Part shown: piece by piece, positions 25,251-41,962 of the stretch
Layout of the letters: every line of letters begins with the position of its first letter
Position numbering within the stretch: position 1 is the stretch's first letter
Source of the DNA: the human T2T-CHM13v2.0 reference genome, Homo sapiens
NCBI RefSeq assembly: GCF_009914755.1
Contig: NC_060947.1
Strand: one strand, 5' to 3'
Length of the DNA: 64,000 bases
Notes under the pieces: model-generated
Databases searched by the model: none
Seen by the model: only the letters and a program-made list of their open reading frames with translations
Told to the model about the DNA's origin: nothing
Position numbers and translations under genes: made by a program

Positions 25251-26359
25251 AAAAGACATCCACCAAAAGATTTCTGCCACCAAAGAGAAAATTGTTTTGG
25301 TAGCAGTCCTCAGGTTATGCATGGCAATGGTTGTGAGTTGGTGGCAGGATGGAGTAGGGGTGGATGATGGATCTGAAAGGTGAAGGTTGCCAGTTCACAT
25401 TGAAGGTACACTCAGGGATGACATAGTAGATTTGGTTCATGTTGTGAAACAAGAGTAGAAGAAATTGGTTATTGAATATGTGGAGTTGTAGTAAAAGGTT
25501 GACAAACTGCTCCTCAGGTATTTTATTGAGGTAACAGTTACGTTATGGTGTTGTCCATTGTGATGAAGAAAGCTAAGCCTAGCTAACTGTAAGAGGCAGA
25601 GGGTAAAGAGGACTCTTGATAAGTAATTCTGTCCTCACTGTGATTAATTTGCCTTGGGTTGGTCTCATTATTGCCCTTTCCCTAAAGGAATTGTCAAATA
25701 TTCTCCAACAATGCATTTCCCTATAATTTAAATGTTAAAAAATGAAGATGAAGTTGGGGAGAGTGACTGTTTTTTATGTTAGCTGAATTTTAGTGTCTAG
25801 TGGAAAAGTAATTGGGATTACTACAGGACCTATCAGTCACCTGGCAAACAGTTTTTTGAGTTCCTATTACAGTGAAGTCTGCACTTAGGCACAAACATGT
25901 GGTCTGACCTCCAGGAGCTTGTAGTCTAGTTTGGGGTGGGTAGGTGGGAGCTAATAACGTAAAGCATCATTCAAGTACTAGTAAAATAATTCAAACACAG
26001 ATGAGAGGAGAGAGACAGGTATGGGCTGGGCCAGTCAGCTCATGCAGGAAGGATTTGAGCCGAGGGTTGTAAAATTCAATGATAGGAAAAGGACTGGGGA
26101 AGGAATTCCGGGTAGGAGACACACTGCATGAGTGAAGGCATGAAAAGATGAGTCTGTACACAGTTAACTGTTGGAAGACTGGGAGATTTATTCTGTCCAG
26201 CAAGAGGATCTATGTAAAAGAATAACAGGCCATGCAAGTGGAACAGTGGTTTAGGTGCAGTTGCAGAATTTGTTCTTGACCTTGTAGGCATCGGAGAGGC
26301 ATTGAAAACATTCAGGAGATTGGTAATGATATTCAGGGTGAGTTGATGAGACCTAAAGC

Positions 26360-26700
26360 CAGTAGAGACGCGAGTTGGTTCATCCTCAGTGACAACCTCA
26401 TTGCTATGGAGTCAGGCGCTTTCCACCTTGCAGCCGGCCCTGCTCAGCATGTTAGCTTGCACCCTAGGCATGGCCCTTCATGGCCACCGTGATGGTTGCC
26501 ACTGCTCCAAGCAGCCCTCAGTCTAAAAAGGTAGTCCCCCACCGCCTGCCCCCTCAAATCAGGAAGGAAAACCTTTCAGAGAAGCATCCTACAGGAATTC
26601 TCCTTACGTTTAATTGGCCAGGATTCTGTTCACATGCTCACGCCTAAACTGATCATAGTTTCCAGAATGGAATTGCCATGATTATCTTAGGCCAATGGTC
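26360..26700. mobile_element. MLT1-type (MaLR) LTR fragment
   Basis: atggttgccactgctccaagc...aattggccaggatt...cacatgctcacgcctaaac pattern. Confidence 0.55.
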
Positions 26701-28140
26701 CTTAAGCCAGCTTGCAATGTAAGAAAATGTAAGAAAACTGTTGGGGCCAGATATTGTTTGTTTTTTTTTTTTAAGATCCCCAGGTGATTCCACTGTACAG
26801 TCAGTATTAAAACCACTGGCTTAGCCTCATCAGAATTCACCACCATTCACCACCCCCCAGGTAGGAGAAAGGGCTTCCTTGTCTAAGAACATAATATTAA
26901 TACAACGAACATCTGAACAAAACTGGGAGATAGTAATAAAGGGGAGAGGGCAATAAAAAATGGAAAGTAATGGGTAGATATAAAAGATACTCTAAAGACA
27001 GGATTTACAAAGCTCTGTAATAGGGAAGACGAGAAAGAAATGACACCATGAAGCTTGAGCTTAGTTGACAAGGAGGACTATTGAAGTAGGAGAAAGAAAT
27101 ATAAATGAAGTAAATCTTTATTTGGTCTATTGGAAAGGTGACCTCAGCTTTAGGCTGATGCTTTGAAAGATGGGTGATAGCAGAGAGGCAATAGCATGGA
27201 GTGACTAAGACCCCATACTCGAGTCAGAATGCTTGGGTTCATATCCTTGTTTTGTCATTCTAGGACACTAATTTCTCTTTGTCTTTTGGCATCTAACAAG
27301 AGAGGATATTAATAGTAGCTACCCCTTGGAGATCTAGGGGAATGAAATGAGAAAATGCACAAGGTGTTCCTTGCACAGCATCTAGCACATGTATTTTAAA
27401 CGCCCCCCCCGACACACACACTTTCTCTCTGAGTCCTAATTATGTCATATTACTATTTTTTAAGAGGCTGTTTGTTAAATATGTGTTACTTCTGATCTGG
27501 CTCAAAATAATTTATATCAGTTTTTATTTCTATCCACGTTGTAACCTAAATATCTCTGATCTGTAGCTATATGGGCCTGGGGACAGACTTATCAACAGAT
27601 ATCCACGTTCGTCTTAATTCACTGAATGTTTCTTGAGCCCCACCTTTTTACTGGGTACTGGGGTAGCTCCAGGCAATATAGTGAAAATCCATCTACTCTC
27701 TTTCTTCAATGAATTTAGTCTAGAGAAGAATTTTAAATGTAGTGTGCTTTTTTTTGCTTTTTAAGATCCTGAATACCATGAATAAGAATTGCCAGATTTG
27801 AAATGCTTTGTTAAGCTTTTTTTAGGCATGCAGTTCTATTTAAGTATTAGTAATGAGAATAGTTTGCTTTTTTGCCATGTTATAGAGATATTTTATTGTG
27901 TGTGTGTTAAACATATATATGTATATATATGCATGCATATCTCTGGCTCAGAATCAGCATAGAGGCAAACTTAGATTATATTGATGTTACTGTTATTTTA
28001 AGGGCTGTTGTTAGAAAACCTTCAAGAGCTTTAGAAATACATGGAAATGGCAAATCATTGAAAGTTACCTATCTCTATGTGCTTCTATTTATGTCTTTAT
28101 AATTGTGTAACTTATTAATCTTGACTTTTGTTTCATTTAG

Positions 28141-28173
28141 ATTTTGATGCATACGAAAGAGATGGTACAAAAG
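28141..28173 (+). CDS. POLA1: POLA1 coding exon (probably exon 27), 33 nt, ILMHTKEMVQK
   Basis: tttgtttcatttag|ATTTTG...CAAAAG|gtaatg; phase 0-0; missed by the ORF track because short. Confidence 0.93.
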
Positions 28174-28872
28174 GTAATGTTGAGCATTTTCATTGTGTAA
28201 AACTTAAATATCATAACTGGTAACGTTTTTGTATTCAAGGAAAATTGTAACCCAAACAGACTGGAAATTGCTTCTTAGGTTGCCTAGTTTAACATTTATA
28301 ATCCTTCCTAATGGATTACAGCTTTTTTCTTTTACCAGTGCTGATATGATCTAGCCCCTGCTTGAAGCCTATATGTGAGTGTTTCAAACAAATTAGTAAC
28401 AGTGCTAATTAGAGTTTATTTCCAGGCCTTTATACTGTATGTGCTCTAGTGTTGTTTGTTATGATTGATTTTTTTTGGCACTCTTCGTGTTCTACTAAAT
28501 ACTGTTTGCAACTGTATTAAGAATTTAATATGGATTTGTGCCCCTGAATTTATAGAATCCATTATGTTTCCGCTTCTTAAATTGCCATGACCACTAAGCA
28601 TGTGGTACAGTGGATAAATATAGACCCCATTTCCTAGTCTTTTATTCTCTTTTTTCTCATTATTTAATTTGGTATTTTGTTTCAGTTGAAACTAGACACA
28701 ATTCTCCTTCCACTCCACTCTCTATTTTAAGAAAATTTGAGAGATTTTCTTGATGTCAGGTTGCTTGCCTTTCTGGTTTATAGGGGCTTAATCTTTAATT
28801 GTATACCCTGACAATATAAATAATAATTAACATAAACTTTTGAAAAGTCTGTGGAGCCTGTAATTTCTGTAG

Positions 28873-29049
<177 letters not shown>

Positions 29050-29189
29050 TAATTTTATGAAATTATCTGCTTTACCTATTTTTGTGAATTCTGTTTCTAA
29101 CATGGAACACTATAAATTCATGTGTATATGAATGTGTGTGCTTCTGAAAATAATAAACTTGGTGTCTCTCAATTCTTCTATTTTTCTGT

Positions 29190-29829
<640 letters not shown>

Positions 29830-30882
29830 CCCTCTTGTTTTTAATTCCTATTCCAGCTGTTTGTTTCGAGGGTGAAATTCAAAGGTTTTTTTTTTTTTTT
29901 TCTTTAAATGGTAGATACATTTTTCCTTTGAAAACAGTCTAAGTGTTATATGTTTAAGATGTGTTCACGTTAGTACTTACTACATTGTGATTCATATGTC
30001 TGGTAGGATTCAGGTGCATTTTATACATAAATACCTACATACATACATATACACTCACAACTGTGATTTTTACAGGAGTACTTAAAATATATTTGAAAAG
30101 TCAAGGGGACATTTAAAAATAATCATTTGTAGCCTCTTAATAGCAATTTGCAATCGCAATTCACAGTGTTTTAGAAACACTTGCTATGTTAAGATGTTGT
30201 CCCCATGAACTAAAACTAAGATGTCATCTTACAAACTAACAACTTCCTATCTTTCCCTCCTGGAATATGTGGAATTTGAATGGTAGTCTTCACTTGACAG
30301 CAAGCCTGGCACATTGTGCTCATACTGGGCCTTGAAAAGTTGAGTATTTTCCCTGGAGGTGATGTTCTGTGCCTTGACCCTGTCAGAAAGAGCAGAGGAC
30401 TCTTTATTTGTTCAGCATGTAGTTGTTTGCTTATAGTCAAGGTGTTAAGGGAGGTCTTAAACATTATTTTAATAGTCAAAGTTTGACTTCTTTATTTCTG
30501 GTCACATATTTAGTTGTTGGACTGTCTATTCACTAACTAACTGAATAGTTTGAAGGCAAGTACTGTATGTATGCATTAAGTCTTTACATTCAACAAGGAC
30601 TGTTTCATAATTTTCATATATTACCTGGGGCTGATCCAGCCAGTCCTGTCCTTTGGTTGCATGGGATGATCTATTATTGTCTCTCTCTCTCTCTTTTTTT
30701 TAATCTATTTTTGTCCCTGCAGTTTTCAATGTCTTTGCTTTATACCCAATGTAATATCATGTTACATACAAGCCAAGTAAAATTCCAATGTTGTATGACT
30801 TCAAATTCTGTTTAGATTAACTCTTGGGAATTTGTAACATGTTCATCTTCTCCCTATTAGATGTTTGAGAAGCTAATACTAA

Positions 30883-31107
<225 letters not shown>

Positions 31108-31761
31108 TGAGTTCAGCTTTCAGTTTTGCTTTTCTTGTTTGTCTTTTAAAAATTCAGGTGTGAATGATGTAGAGAATGCTTATGAATCTGTCAAGCCCAA
31201 GAACACTTCTTTGTTGTTTTTATTATTCTTATTAATAAGAATTATTAATCATTCTTATTTGGAATGGAATTTTATAGGTAGATTAAAACTTAGAAAAAGC
31301 CAAATTTGCTCAGTGAGAAATGCCTGCTCTAAGATACGTCTCATGAGTTTTTAACTCATAGTAAGGGTAAACCTTCACACTTCAGATCCTTATAGAGTTG
31401 GTTTCGTTGATGTTGGTTTGTTTTGCTCTATTGTTGCTATTAGAAAGTGCCTTGTTTTGTGCTCCTGAATCTTCCTAGAGCCTCTTGAGGGACATAATTG
31501 TTAAGATTTTCCCATTTTATGGCTTAAAATGTTCTGGGACTCAAAATGGGCCATGGAGTGAGACTTTGTTCCCACCCGTATGATTTGTATATAAAAGATT
31601 CTTACTAATACCAAGTTAAGGGCTCCTTCTCAAATCCTGTGTGTACCTCAGAATTAGTAAATATCATGATTGACCTCCTAGCTTTGCACCTGAGACTGAA
31701 GAATGTGATAATAAGGCCTGCTTCTTTAAGGGTCATATTAATGTATAAAGCACCCATTTCA

Positions 31762-32149
<388 letters not shown>

Positions 32150-33165
32150 TTAAAGCTAAAGTTCACATCAATTTTAATATTCTGAATGTTGGCATTTATA
32201 AACTTGTTTTCTAGTCTTCCTCTTGCTATCAAGTTGGGAGATTGAACAATTATTGCTTCTGCAAAACTATTCTTGATTAGGCAAAGTTGACCAGCTGAGT
32301 ATAGGTCACTGTGAGCCTTTTACCAAATGTAAAAATGTTTGAAATGCTTCATTGCCCCCAAGTGTACCCAAAGAGGAAAGTACTTTGTATGGACTGTGGA
32401 TTAGAGTGTTCTCTTCAGCTTTGTGTTTTCTAAGAAAAGACGCATCATAATAGAAGTAAATTTCTCTTGAGTTAGAAATGTATTAGTAATTAAAGCTATA
32501 CAAATGTTTTTGTCGGGGTTCTTTTTCTGGCAAATTATAATGCAGCTGTCAAACTCTCGCTCTGCATTTTCTCAGAAATGGATAAAATATTGGCTTTCTT
32601 ACTCCTTTCCTTTTTCTTTTTCCTTTGGGTCTGGTTGAATAACATGAAGTTTTTAAGGAATAGCGTAAGGGAGAACACTGAGCAACAAAATGAAGGTGAA
32701 GAAAGAAAAGTTTGAAATCTTTGTTTTTTAAAAAAATTTATGTAAAGGACTTCATATTTCTACTCATCTAGCGCATGGTTGTTGTCTCAGGTGGAGATGA
32801 TATCTTGATATCAGAGATAATGTCTTGGTGCTTTGTGAGGAAAGTGAAATATTTGTCTTCTAAAATTTTATCTTATGAGGAGAATATAACTGCTTGTGAA
32901 TTTTGTAATTGCATAAAAATATAATGGAACACATGCTTTTCTTCACATTTTATATAAAATATTAGCTGCCACATAAAAAATGATCTGTATGTTTAGGGTC
33001 AAACCCCACATTAGAAGGCTGGCAAACTTTCGGTAGAGTTGGTGTTAAAAAACAAATAGTAACCGCCTTTTCGACATTAACCCTCATATTAGCTCTTACT
33101 GTAGCTAATGTTAACCACATGTTAATCTAATGGCATTTCTCTTCCTTCTTCTCCTTTACTAGTAA

Positions 33166-33414
<249 letters not shown>

Positions 33415-35570
33415 TAGTTGAAGAACCACCTCATCCTTGCAATTGAAATAAATTCTAGCTGGTGATGAAAGCTGCTTAACAACTATCTCACAGATTGAGT
33501 ATTAGCATACCTCTTCCAGCCACAGGTACTGCCATGTCTGCCACAGAGACCTTCTCTGTCTAGTCCTTACTTTAATTCTTGGAAGACTTGTTTCCAGAGG
33601 TCCTATGGAGTGATACAGTTTACATTCCAGAGGTCCTATGGAGTGATATCACTGTATCACTCCATAGGACTGGAGAACACTACTTTCTTCATAGTTCCCC
33701 TAAGTAATAGTTGTTTGGAGTGTAGGCCTGTAAGCTTATTGTGTGCATGTGTGCATTCATGTGTGTGTTTAACTTCACAGATGGTGATTCTTTTGGGGAC
33801 AAAAGTTATTTAGGGACAGTCTTAGTTGTTGAAAATAGGGAATATTTTTTCTTACCTAATTTGAAAAACAGAATCTTGGTTTCCAAAGTATTGTGTAATA
33901 AACAAAATGTTAGGTTACAAATTTATTCCCATTTTAGTACCCTTATATATTCAGAAGCTAATTTTGCAAATACAATGCTACCCATTTTGTGGTAGATTTC
34001 GTTGTCAAAGTGCATACAAAAAAAATAAAAGAATCTAATGCTGACAGTAAATGGAAGTTTTAGAATGAAGACTCATTCATAGTACTCTGTGCTAATGTAA
34101 TGCTTGTCATTTTTGCACATTTCTGTACTGTTGAAAACATTTTTATATTGCAGCAATTACAGTGTTATTTAGAAATATATTTTCATTTAACATAAACATT
34201 TTCCCACATTTTTATATTACCTTAAAAATCAAATTAATCAGTGTATTAAAAAGATGTATCTGTTTCACTGATACATCTTTATTTAAATTTGTTGATTATT
34301 TAATGTTTTCTATTATAAATAACTCTATTGAACATCTTTGTTTATTTATCTTTTTGCATTTGGATGAATTACTTTCTTATTTTAGGTTCCTTGAAGGAAA
34401 ATATTTGAGTCAAAAGATGTGAATATCTGTATGGCTTTTGCCAAATTGCTTTGTAAAAGGATGATACCAATTGATAATAGCAAAATATGCCAGTTTCACC
34501 ACAGTTTTGCATGTAGTGGTGATGATATTTAAATAAAACTTTGCTACCATAATGAATATGAAACTGTATTTCACAGTTGCATTGAATTTGCATTTCTTTG
34601 ATTCCTAGAAGGGATGAATATTTTCTTACAGTTTATGTTTATTCTTAGGTAAGTTGTTTCCTGTACCTTGACTATGGCATCCTTAATGTCATGAAAGAAG
34701 ACATTTGTTTATACATTAGAAGGGGACAATGTTTCTTGTCACTGGCTCTCCACTTTAAGTGATGAAGTGTACACATATTGGCATGGAATCACTGTGTCAT
34801 CTAGAAAGTAGATTCCTTTTAGATTTTGTTTTCTTTCTCAAAAATTTATATGAGTAAGAGTTACGACTTAAGACTTCTTTTGGTCAGTTTTTGCATCAAT
34901 TCTGCATATTGTATCCCTGATCCTGTCTACCTTCCTAGAAACTTGGGTTTCTATCACAAGGGCTTCCAGGGATGAGTTTGGGAGTGTCAGTCCTAGCATG
35001 ACTGCATAATTGGCAAAATAACACTGAACACATCTCCTTTAGGGTAGTGGGCCCACACTGTAACCCCCTCATATGAATGATGACACAATATTACTAGTGT
35101 GCAAAAAGAAACTTAGAGTCATAGGTATACTGACAGTGTCTGCATTCTTTTAAGTTTTTATTATTGAAATTTCTAGACTTATGTAAAAGTAGAGAGCATG
35201 GTATCATGGATCCTCATGTATTCATTAGTCAGCTTCAATAATTATCAACTTATAGTGACATTCTATTATTAACAATAATAGTTAATACTTAGTGTCTAGT
35301 ATGATAGGGGCTGTGAATAGATTTTTCTGTGGCAGAACTGAAACTGTGACTTACTGTCTTTATATTCTCCATATCACTTAGCATAGCTGTTGGCAAGTAG
35401 TAGTTGTTCAGTAAGCATTGAAAGAATTCATTTGCTTATTTAATCATCCATTCAGCAAACATGGAGTACCTCTTATGTACACAATGCTGATTCTGGGATA
35501 TAAAGTTGAATAAGGAATACGTGGTCCATATTTTCAAGATGCTGGTGGTCTATTAAAAGTATTTACTGTC

Positions 35571-35880
35571 GGCCGGGCGCGGTGGCTTGTGCCTGTAATC
35601 CCAGCACTTTGGGAGGCTGAGGCGGGTGGATCACGAGGTCAGGAGTTCAAGACCAGCCTGACCAACATGGTGAAACCCTGTGTCTACTAAAAAATAAAAA
35701 ATTAGCTGGGTGAGGTGGTAGGCGCCTGTAATCCCAGCTACTCAAGAGGCCGAGGCAGGAGAATCGCTTGAACCCAGGAAACGGAGATTGCAGTGAGCTG
35801 AGATGGCGCCACCGCACTCCAGCATGGGCGACAGAGCAAGATTCCATCTCAAAAAAAAAAAAAAAAAAAGAAAAGAAAAA
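35571..35880 (+). mobile_element. AluS (Sg/Sc-like)
   Basis: ggccgggcgcggtggc...; TSD gtatttactgtc. Confidence 0.92.
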
Positions 35881-36791
35881 TGTATTTACTGTCCCATTAT
35901 TCTTAACTTTCATTTAATAGAGAAGAATTTCTGCAGTGTTGATGCAAGTACAGTAAATTCTGATGAAAGGGCTATCTTTATTGTAGTTCTGTATCTATTT
36001 ACAGTAAGCTATTCATTTGTTAAAGGTGATATATCCTGAACATCTTTAACATTTGTCTAAATGCTTGCACTATTTAAAACTTGTGAGCTATTCAGTTTCT
36101 ACATTTTACTGCTTCGAAAGGAGAGTGGAATGGAAGAGTCTATGTATGTGACTGGTTGTGGATGGTCTCATGACAATATTTTTTTTTTTTTTTTTTTTTT
36201 TAGGTGATGCTGGTAGGGCTTGAAAATGACAGGTTAAATTAGGGTGGAGACATGCATGAAGTGATGGGATTTACCTTTAGAGATTTTAGCCCGTGTTGCC
36301 AAAAGCAACTGAAAAACAGCATGTGTGATTTTGCTGAACTACTGCAATCTTAGCTTAAATATATTTCACAAAGTAACACAAAATACTTTGCAGCTGATTT
36401 TTATAGCTCTGGCTAACTTGAGCCTAAACCACCAGGAAGCATTTTTTTTTTTTTAAATGAAGCCTTCTAAAACTAGCTTGTAAAGTCCCCAAATAGCCTA
36501 CATCTAATAATTGGAAAGTATGTCAGCTGAAATTTAGAATTTCTTAACATTGCACTGAAGAATAATCCATTGAAGAAGATAATGGATTTCTTAAGTACTG
36601 TTATATCAGTTAAGATTTTTATATTGTATTGCTTGTCCAAGACAATCAAAACTTCACGTATTCCAAGTTTGAGGAGATTCAAATACTTGGGAGAGTTTCC
36701 TAGGCACTCTGCTACCCTGAGTATGGAATTTAGTAAGTTTACATAACTTGGGCATGTGCAGCCATGTTTGAGGACCTGCTTTATTCTTCTA

Positions 36792-38614
36792 CATCAGTTC
36801 TCAGATTTCTTGGTCTTAGGACACCTTTATACTCTTAAAATAATTGAAGACCCCAAGAGCTCGTGTTGATGTGGTTTATCTCGATATTTAGTGTGTTAGA
36901 AATCTAAAAACATTTGTTAATTTATTTAAAAATAGCAACAAACTGATTATATAATTACAACAAATAGCATTTCTTTCTATGAAAAATAGCTATATATTTC
37001 AAAACAAAGAAAAATTTAGCCTGAGGAGTGGTATCATTTTACAATTTTGCACATCTCTTTAATGTCTAGCTCAGTAGACGACATCTGGGTTTTCATTTCT
37101 GCTTCTGCATACAATCTGTTGTGACATGTGGTTTGGGATGGAGTATAGGAAGAAATCCAGTTTAACCCAAACATGTAGTTAGAAAAAGGAGAAGTATTTT
37201 AGTATTTTTTTTCTGATAGTTGAATGTATTCTTCTTTGATCCTGCACCAGACGTCTACAGATGGTATTTTCTTCGTAATGTGGAATCTGAAGCCATATCA
37301 ATGAACTTTTCCTGTTCTCTTATATTAAAATCTGTTGGTCTCTGTTGTACTTTGAAAGAATATTTTACCCATGCGTGGCATGAGTTGATCATTTGTTAAA
37401 TGTTGGTTCCCTGAATTATACAGTATACTCCAAAATAGACACATTCATTGTACAATATCAAAAATTACGTTTTAAAATATTCGTACTTATATCAGAAAAG
37501 TTTTTAAGTATTGGGAAGCTTTCCGGCTCACAGAAGTAGAAAAGTTTTCTAAAATTCTAATTTGCACTTGAAAGCTTGAATTTTATCATTGACAATATAT
37601 ACTGTCAGATTTTTTTTTTTTTGCCTTGAAGTGGCAGGCTCACTTTTTTTTTGAGAAATTGTCTGCCAGATACCCAAGTCAGAATAACAGTAGTTTGCCC
37701 ATTATTCTTTCAAGTAAAAATTATATTCTGTGAAAAAGGCAGCTAGTTTAGCTTGCAACTCAAACAGTTGCACAAATGCTTTCCCTTGAGCAATCTTTGT
37801 TTTTCAGATGTGCCTTGTGTGTACTTTGTTTTATCTCACAAAATAGTAGACTTGTACTCAAGGGTTGAGAGCTGTTTTTTTTTGTTTTGTTTTATTTTAC
37901 TTTAAATCCTGGGATACATGTGCTGAACGTGCAGGTTTGTTACATAGGTACACATGTGCCATGGTGGTTTGCTGCACTTATCAACCCGTCATCTAGGTTT
38001 TAAGCCCTGCATGGATTAGATATTTGTCCTAATGCTCTCCCTCCCCTTCCTCCCTACTTCCCCGGCAGACCCCAGTGTGTGATGTTCCCCTCCCTGTGTC
38101 CATGTGTTCTCTTTGTTCAGCTCCCACTTATGAGTGAGAACATGCGGTGTTTGGTTTTCTGTTCCTGTGTTAGTTTGCTGAGGATGATGGTTTCCAGCTT
38201 CATCCATGTCCCTGCAAAGAACATGAACTCACTCTTTTTTATGGCTGCATAGTATTCCATGGTGTATATGTGCCACATTTTCTTTATCCAGTCAGTCATT
38301 GATGGGCATTTGGGTTGGTTCCAAGTCTTTGCTATTGAGAGCTTTAAAAATAATTCTTACTGTTTCATCAAGGACATTCTTAAGTGAAAGTGTTTTTTTT
38401 TAACTATGCATGGTGGTGAAGAATACAGTGACTGTTAGTACAGTTTGATAGTACCATCCTGATTCATGTTTATAAGGCATCAGCAGTTTTGCCCACTATT
38501 GCTTCTGTATCATCAGTACAGGTAGTATCGTTATGAAAATAGTTTTGATCTCTGGACCCCCTGAAAGGATATCAGGAACTCCCAGGGCTCTGCAGTCCAC
38601 ACTTTGAGAACGGG
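36792..38614. mobile_element. Charlie1-family hAT DNA transposon, split by an L1PA
   Basis: Ends gttctcagatttcttggtcttaggacacctttatactcttaaaa... and ...ccacactttgagaac. Confidence 0.7.
37874..38334 (-). mobile_element. L1PA (about PA8-PA11) 3' end, 5'-truncated
   Basis: ORF 38117..38299 WIKKMWHIYTMEYYAAIKK; TSD ttgagagct at 37865-37873 and 38335-38343. Confidence 0.9.
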
Positions 38615-39694
38615 TGAGCTCATCCAGCAGTACCCTGGTCCCCATCCTTTCTCTTGTCTTTTGAAACCTACCCCTTCCAGGGCTGGGTATCCCCCTCCTT
38701 TTCTTTATGCATACTGAGTTCCAGTCTAATAGAATGCGTTTTTTTCTCACCTTTTGCCTTTTTGTTTGTTTCTCTGCCTGGAATATTCTTGCCCCCATTA
38801 CCTTTTCTTAAAATCTTGCTTTTCCTTCTAGTGCCAGCTTAGTTTTTTCTTCCATGATTTCTTCTCTCAGGTGGAAATCATTCTTACCTTTCTAAGTTCT
38901 CTCCATAACACTTTGTTCACATCTCCTTTATGGCACATATAGCTTATTTTAGAGGTTTTTTTTTTTTTTGGAGGGGAGGTGGAGGGTAGAGAGTCTTCCA
39001 CTAATAGCAGATGACTGTGTCTTATTCATCCTGTGGTACTTTATAATACTGGAACAAATTATTCTGAGAATTATTACAGATGGAGTGAAATAATTTATTC
39101 CGCAAATATTTGGCTGCTACTGTATATCAAGCATCGTTAGGAACACTGTGCATGCAGTTGTGAGCAAGGCTGACATTGTTCCTGTTCTCGTAGTACTTAC
39201 TTTCTGTTACAAATTCATTCTACCTCTGTAGAGGTTGATTGACAGCATGAGTAAATCCAGTGATTTCTAGTGCCTTTGGGATTTATTAAGGCCAGAGGAG
39301 CCTTTGAGAAACAATCATTAAGTCAGAGTAGCCATTATTCATCAGTCCCAACTGATCAGTTAACTCAGTGAGATAATTGCACACATTAAGACTGCATATA
39401 ACACTGAATTTATAGTCTTAACTTTTTATGTCTAAGTATCATGTGATATGGCCCATTAACTTATATTTCTTTTTTGTTGGGGTTGCATCTGGTTATGTTA
39501 GTTATTGAACAAAGGAGAGAGGAGTCTTGAAGATGGGATGTTTAAAGATTCTGTAGCAATATTTTCTACATACAGCTTCTGTCATTTTTTATGTTTATGT
39601 GGCTAGTATGATTCTAGCAAAGATGTTTTTAGTGTATATCTGTGTAAGAAGGGTTTTATTTTAAGGCTTAGAACTTTTTTGTTCCCTCTTTTAG

Positions 39695-39835
<141 letters not shown>

Positions 39836-41617
39836 TGACATTCGTAAGACTCTGACACCTCTTAAGAACTGAAAGTAAAATCCAAATTACCACAGTGTCT
39901 TATTTAGCATTCTCCCCAATAATTGATGTTGTAAAGTCTGGTTAGTTTCATAGCATTTAAAAAACATTAGAGGTGTGGCATATGTCATTAGGATTTTCAT
40001 AAAACATTTATGACAGATTTGTAACAGTAGCTACTCTTTTAACCCTAAATTAACTTTAATGCAAATGTAAGTTTCGCCATATGTTCAGCAGTAGTCCTCA
40101 TTTATCTCTTTCCTTTTGCAGCAGTTCCCATTATAAATATCAGTGGAATAATAAAAGAATAAATGCCATTTTTTCCCTAGCAAATGTCCAAATAATTATG
40201 TGAAAAAATATGAACTACATGATTATACGGAGAAGTTGAGAGATCCTATGAACATACCCTATGAGGAAACCACACAATTCAACCAGTTTTTTTTTTTTTC
40301 TTCCTTCAAGTGGAGAGGGCCCACCTCCTTACCCTTCCTTCTCCGTTTCACAAGGTACCTCTAGGCCTTCTGGAACACAGTTTTAAGCCACTACCAGTTC
40401 TTTTGATAATAGCATGCCTATAATGGGTGAGGAGAGAGAGTAAGAGAGAAGAGCAGTTTTTTGACTTTCGAAGCCCTTAACTATTTTAACAAAGGAGAGG
40501 TCTCATCCCTTCTATCTGTAAAGATAAGTCAGGGTCATAGCATTTATCCAAATTCTTTCAAATTACAATGGTATAGACTACTTACCATAAGGTATAATTT
40601 ATCTGAATAAAACTTTTTTAAAGAAATTAAGTTTTATCCTAATTGTTATTGCATTGTGTTGTTACAGTAAAAAAATGTTTTACATAAACCTAAAAAGTAA
40701 TTGCAATATGATTGATATTTGTCAAACCACAATCAATGTGTTTTTAAATCAGAGTCTTTTGAAAATTTAAAAGTAGTCTGCTGATACCTGCTATATGCTG
40801 TGGATGTACATAACAAATGATTTAAGTACGTGGACAGGAATCAGCACTTGACTCTGTCTCCCCCCTAGGGTTACCCTTGATTAAGAACTGTTACAGAAAG
40901 CCAATTCCTGCAGGAAAATATTTCCATAAATGTCTGACTCGCTCAAGCCCTTAATGTGCTTTGCATATTGCCTCTGACAAGTCTCATCTCAAAAAAACAA
41001 TTTTCATATTATGCAAATAAAGATTTTGGTAAATAGGCTAGGTTTTTTTTTTTCACTTATGTCTTCACATACATGGAAAAGCTCTTAGATTGGTGATGAG
41101 AAGAACAGATGGCAGCATACAACTTTGAAAAATTATATAGGTTCAGTGAAATAGCATTAATAATGAAATCAAGCCACAATTGTGTTTTGGCCAAACCTGC
41201 AATGAAGATGTGTGGTAACTTATAAAATAGGATGATCATTGTATTTAAAAGTCTGTTTTGTGTCCCTTGATGTCTGAATGTTAGGTGTTAAGGTTCCTTT
41301 TTCTCAGGTCTTATTGATATGCATAGGCTCAAAATGCTGTTGCTAATGTAGTACAGTACATCCAATTTTATGTATTTTTAGCAATTTCCATCCACTGGTA
41401 TGTGCCTTATTTGCTTTTTAAAAGTATGATTCATATTTCTTTTTATTAACTTATTCTCCTTAACATATCCCAAGAAAACCTATAGGACTTTAATTTGCCT
41501 TTGTACCCTACCCATGGGACATGCTCCCTTTCAACCTGTTTGCTAGCCAAATCTGCCTAAATTTTTTGCTTTTAAGCACTCAAATTATTCTGTTTCATAA
41601 TGCAGCCATATTTTTAG

Positions 41618-41962
<345 letters not shown>

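Noticed and set aside
34620-34654. tag|GTAAGT motif or possible 17-nt microexon
   Set aside because: Lies in decayed L1-like sequence in a 6-kb intron; kept as evidence that such motifs occur by chance
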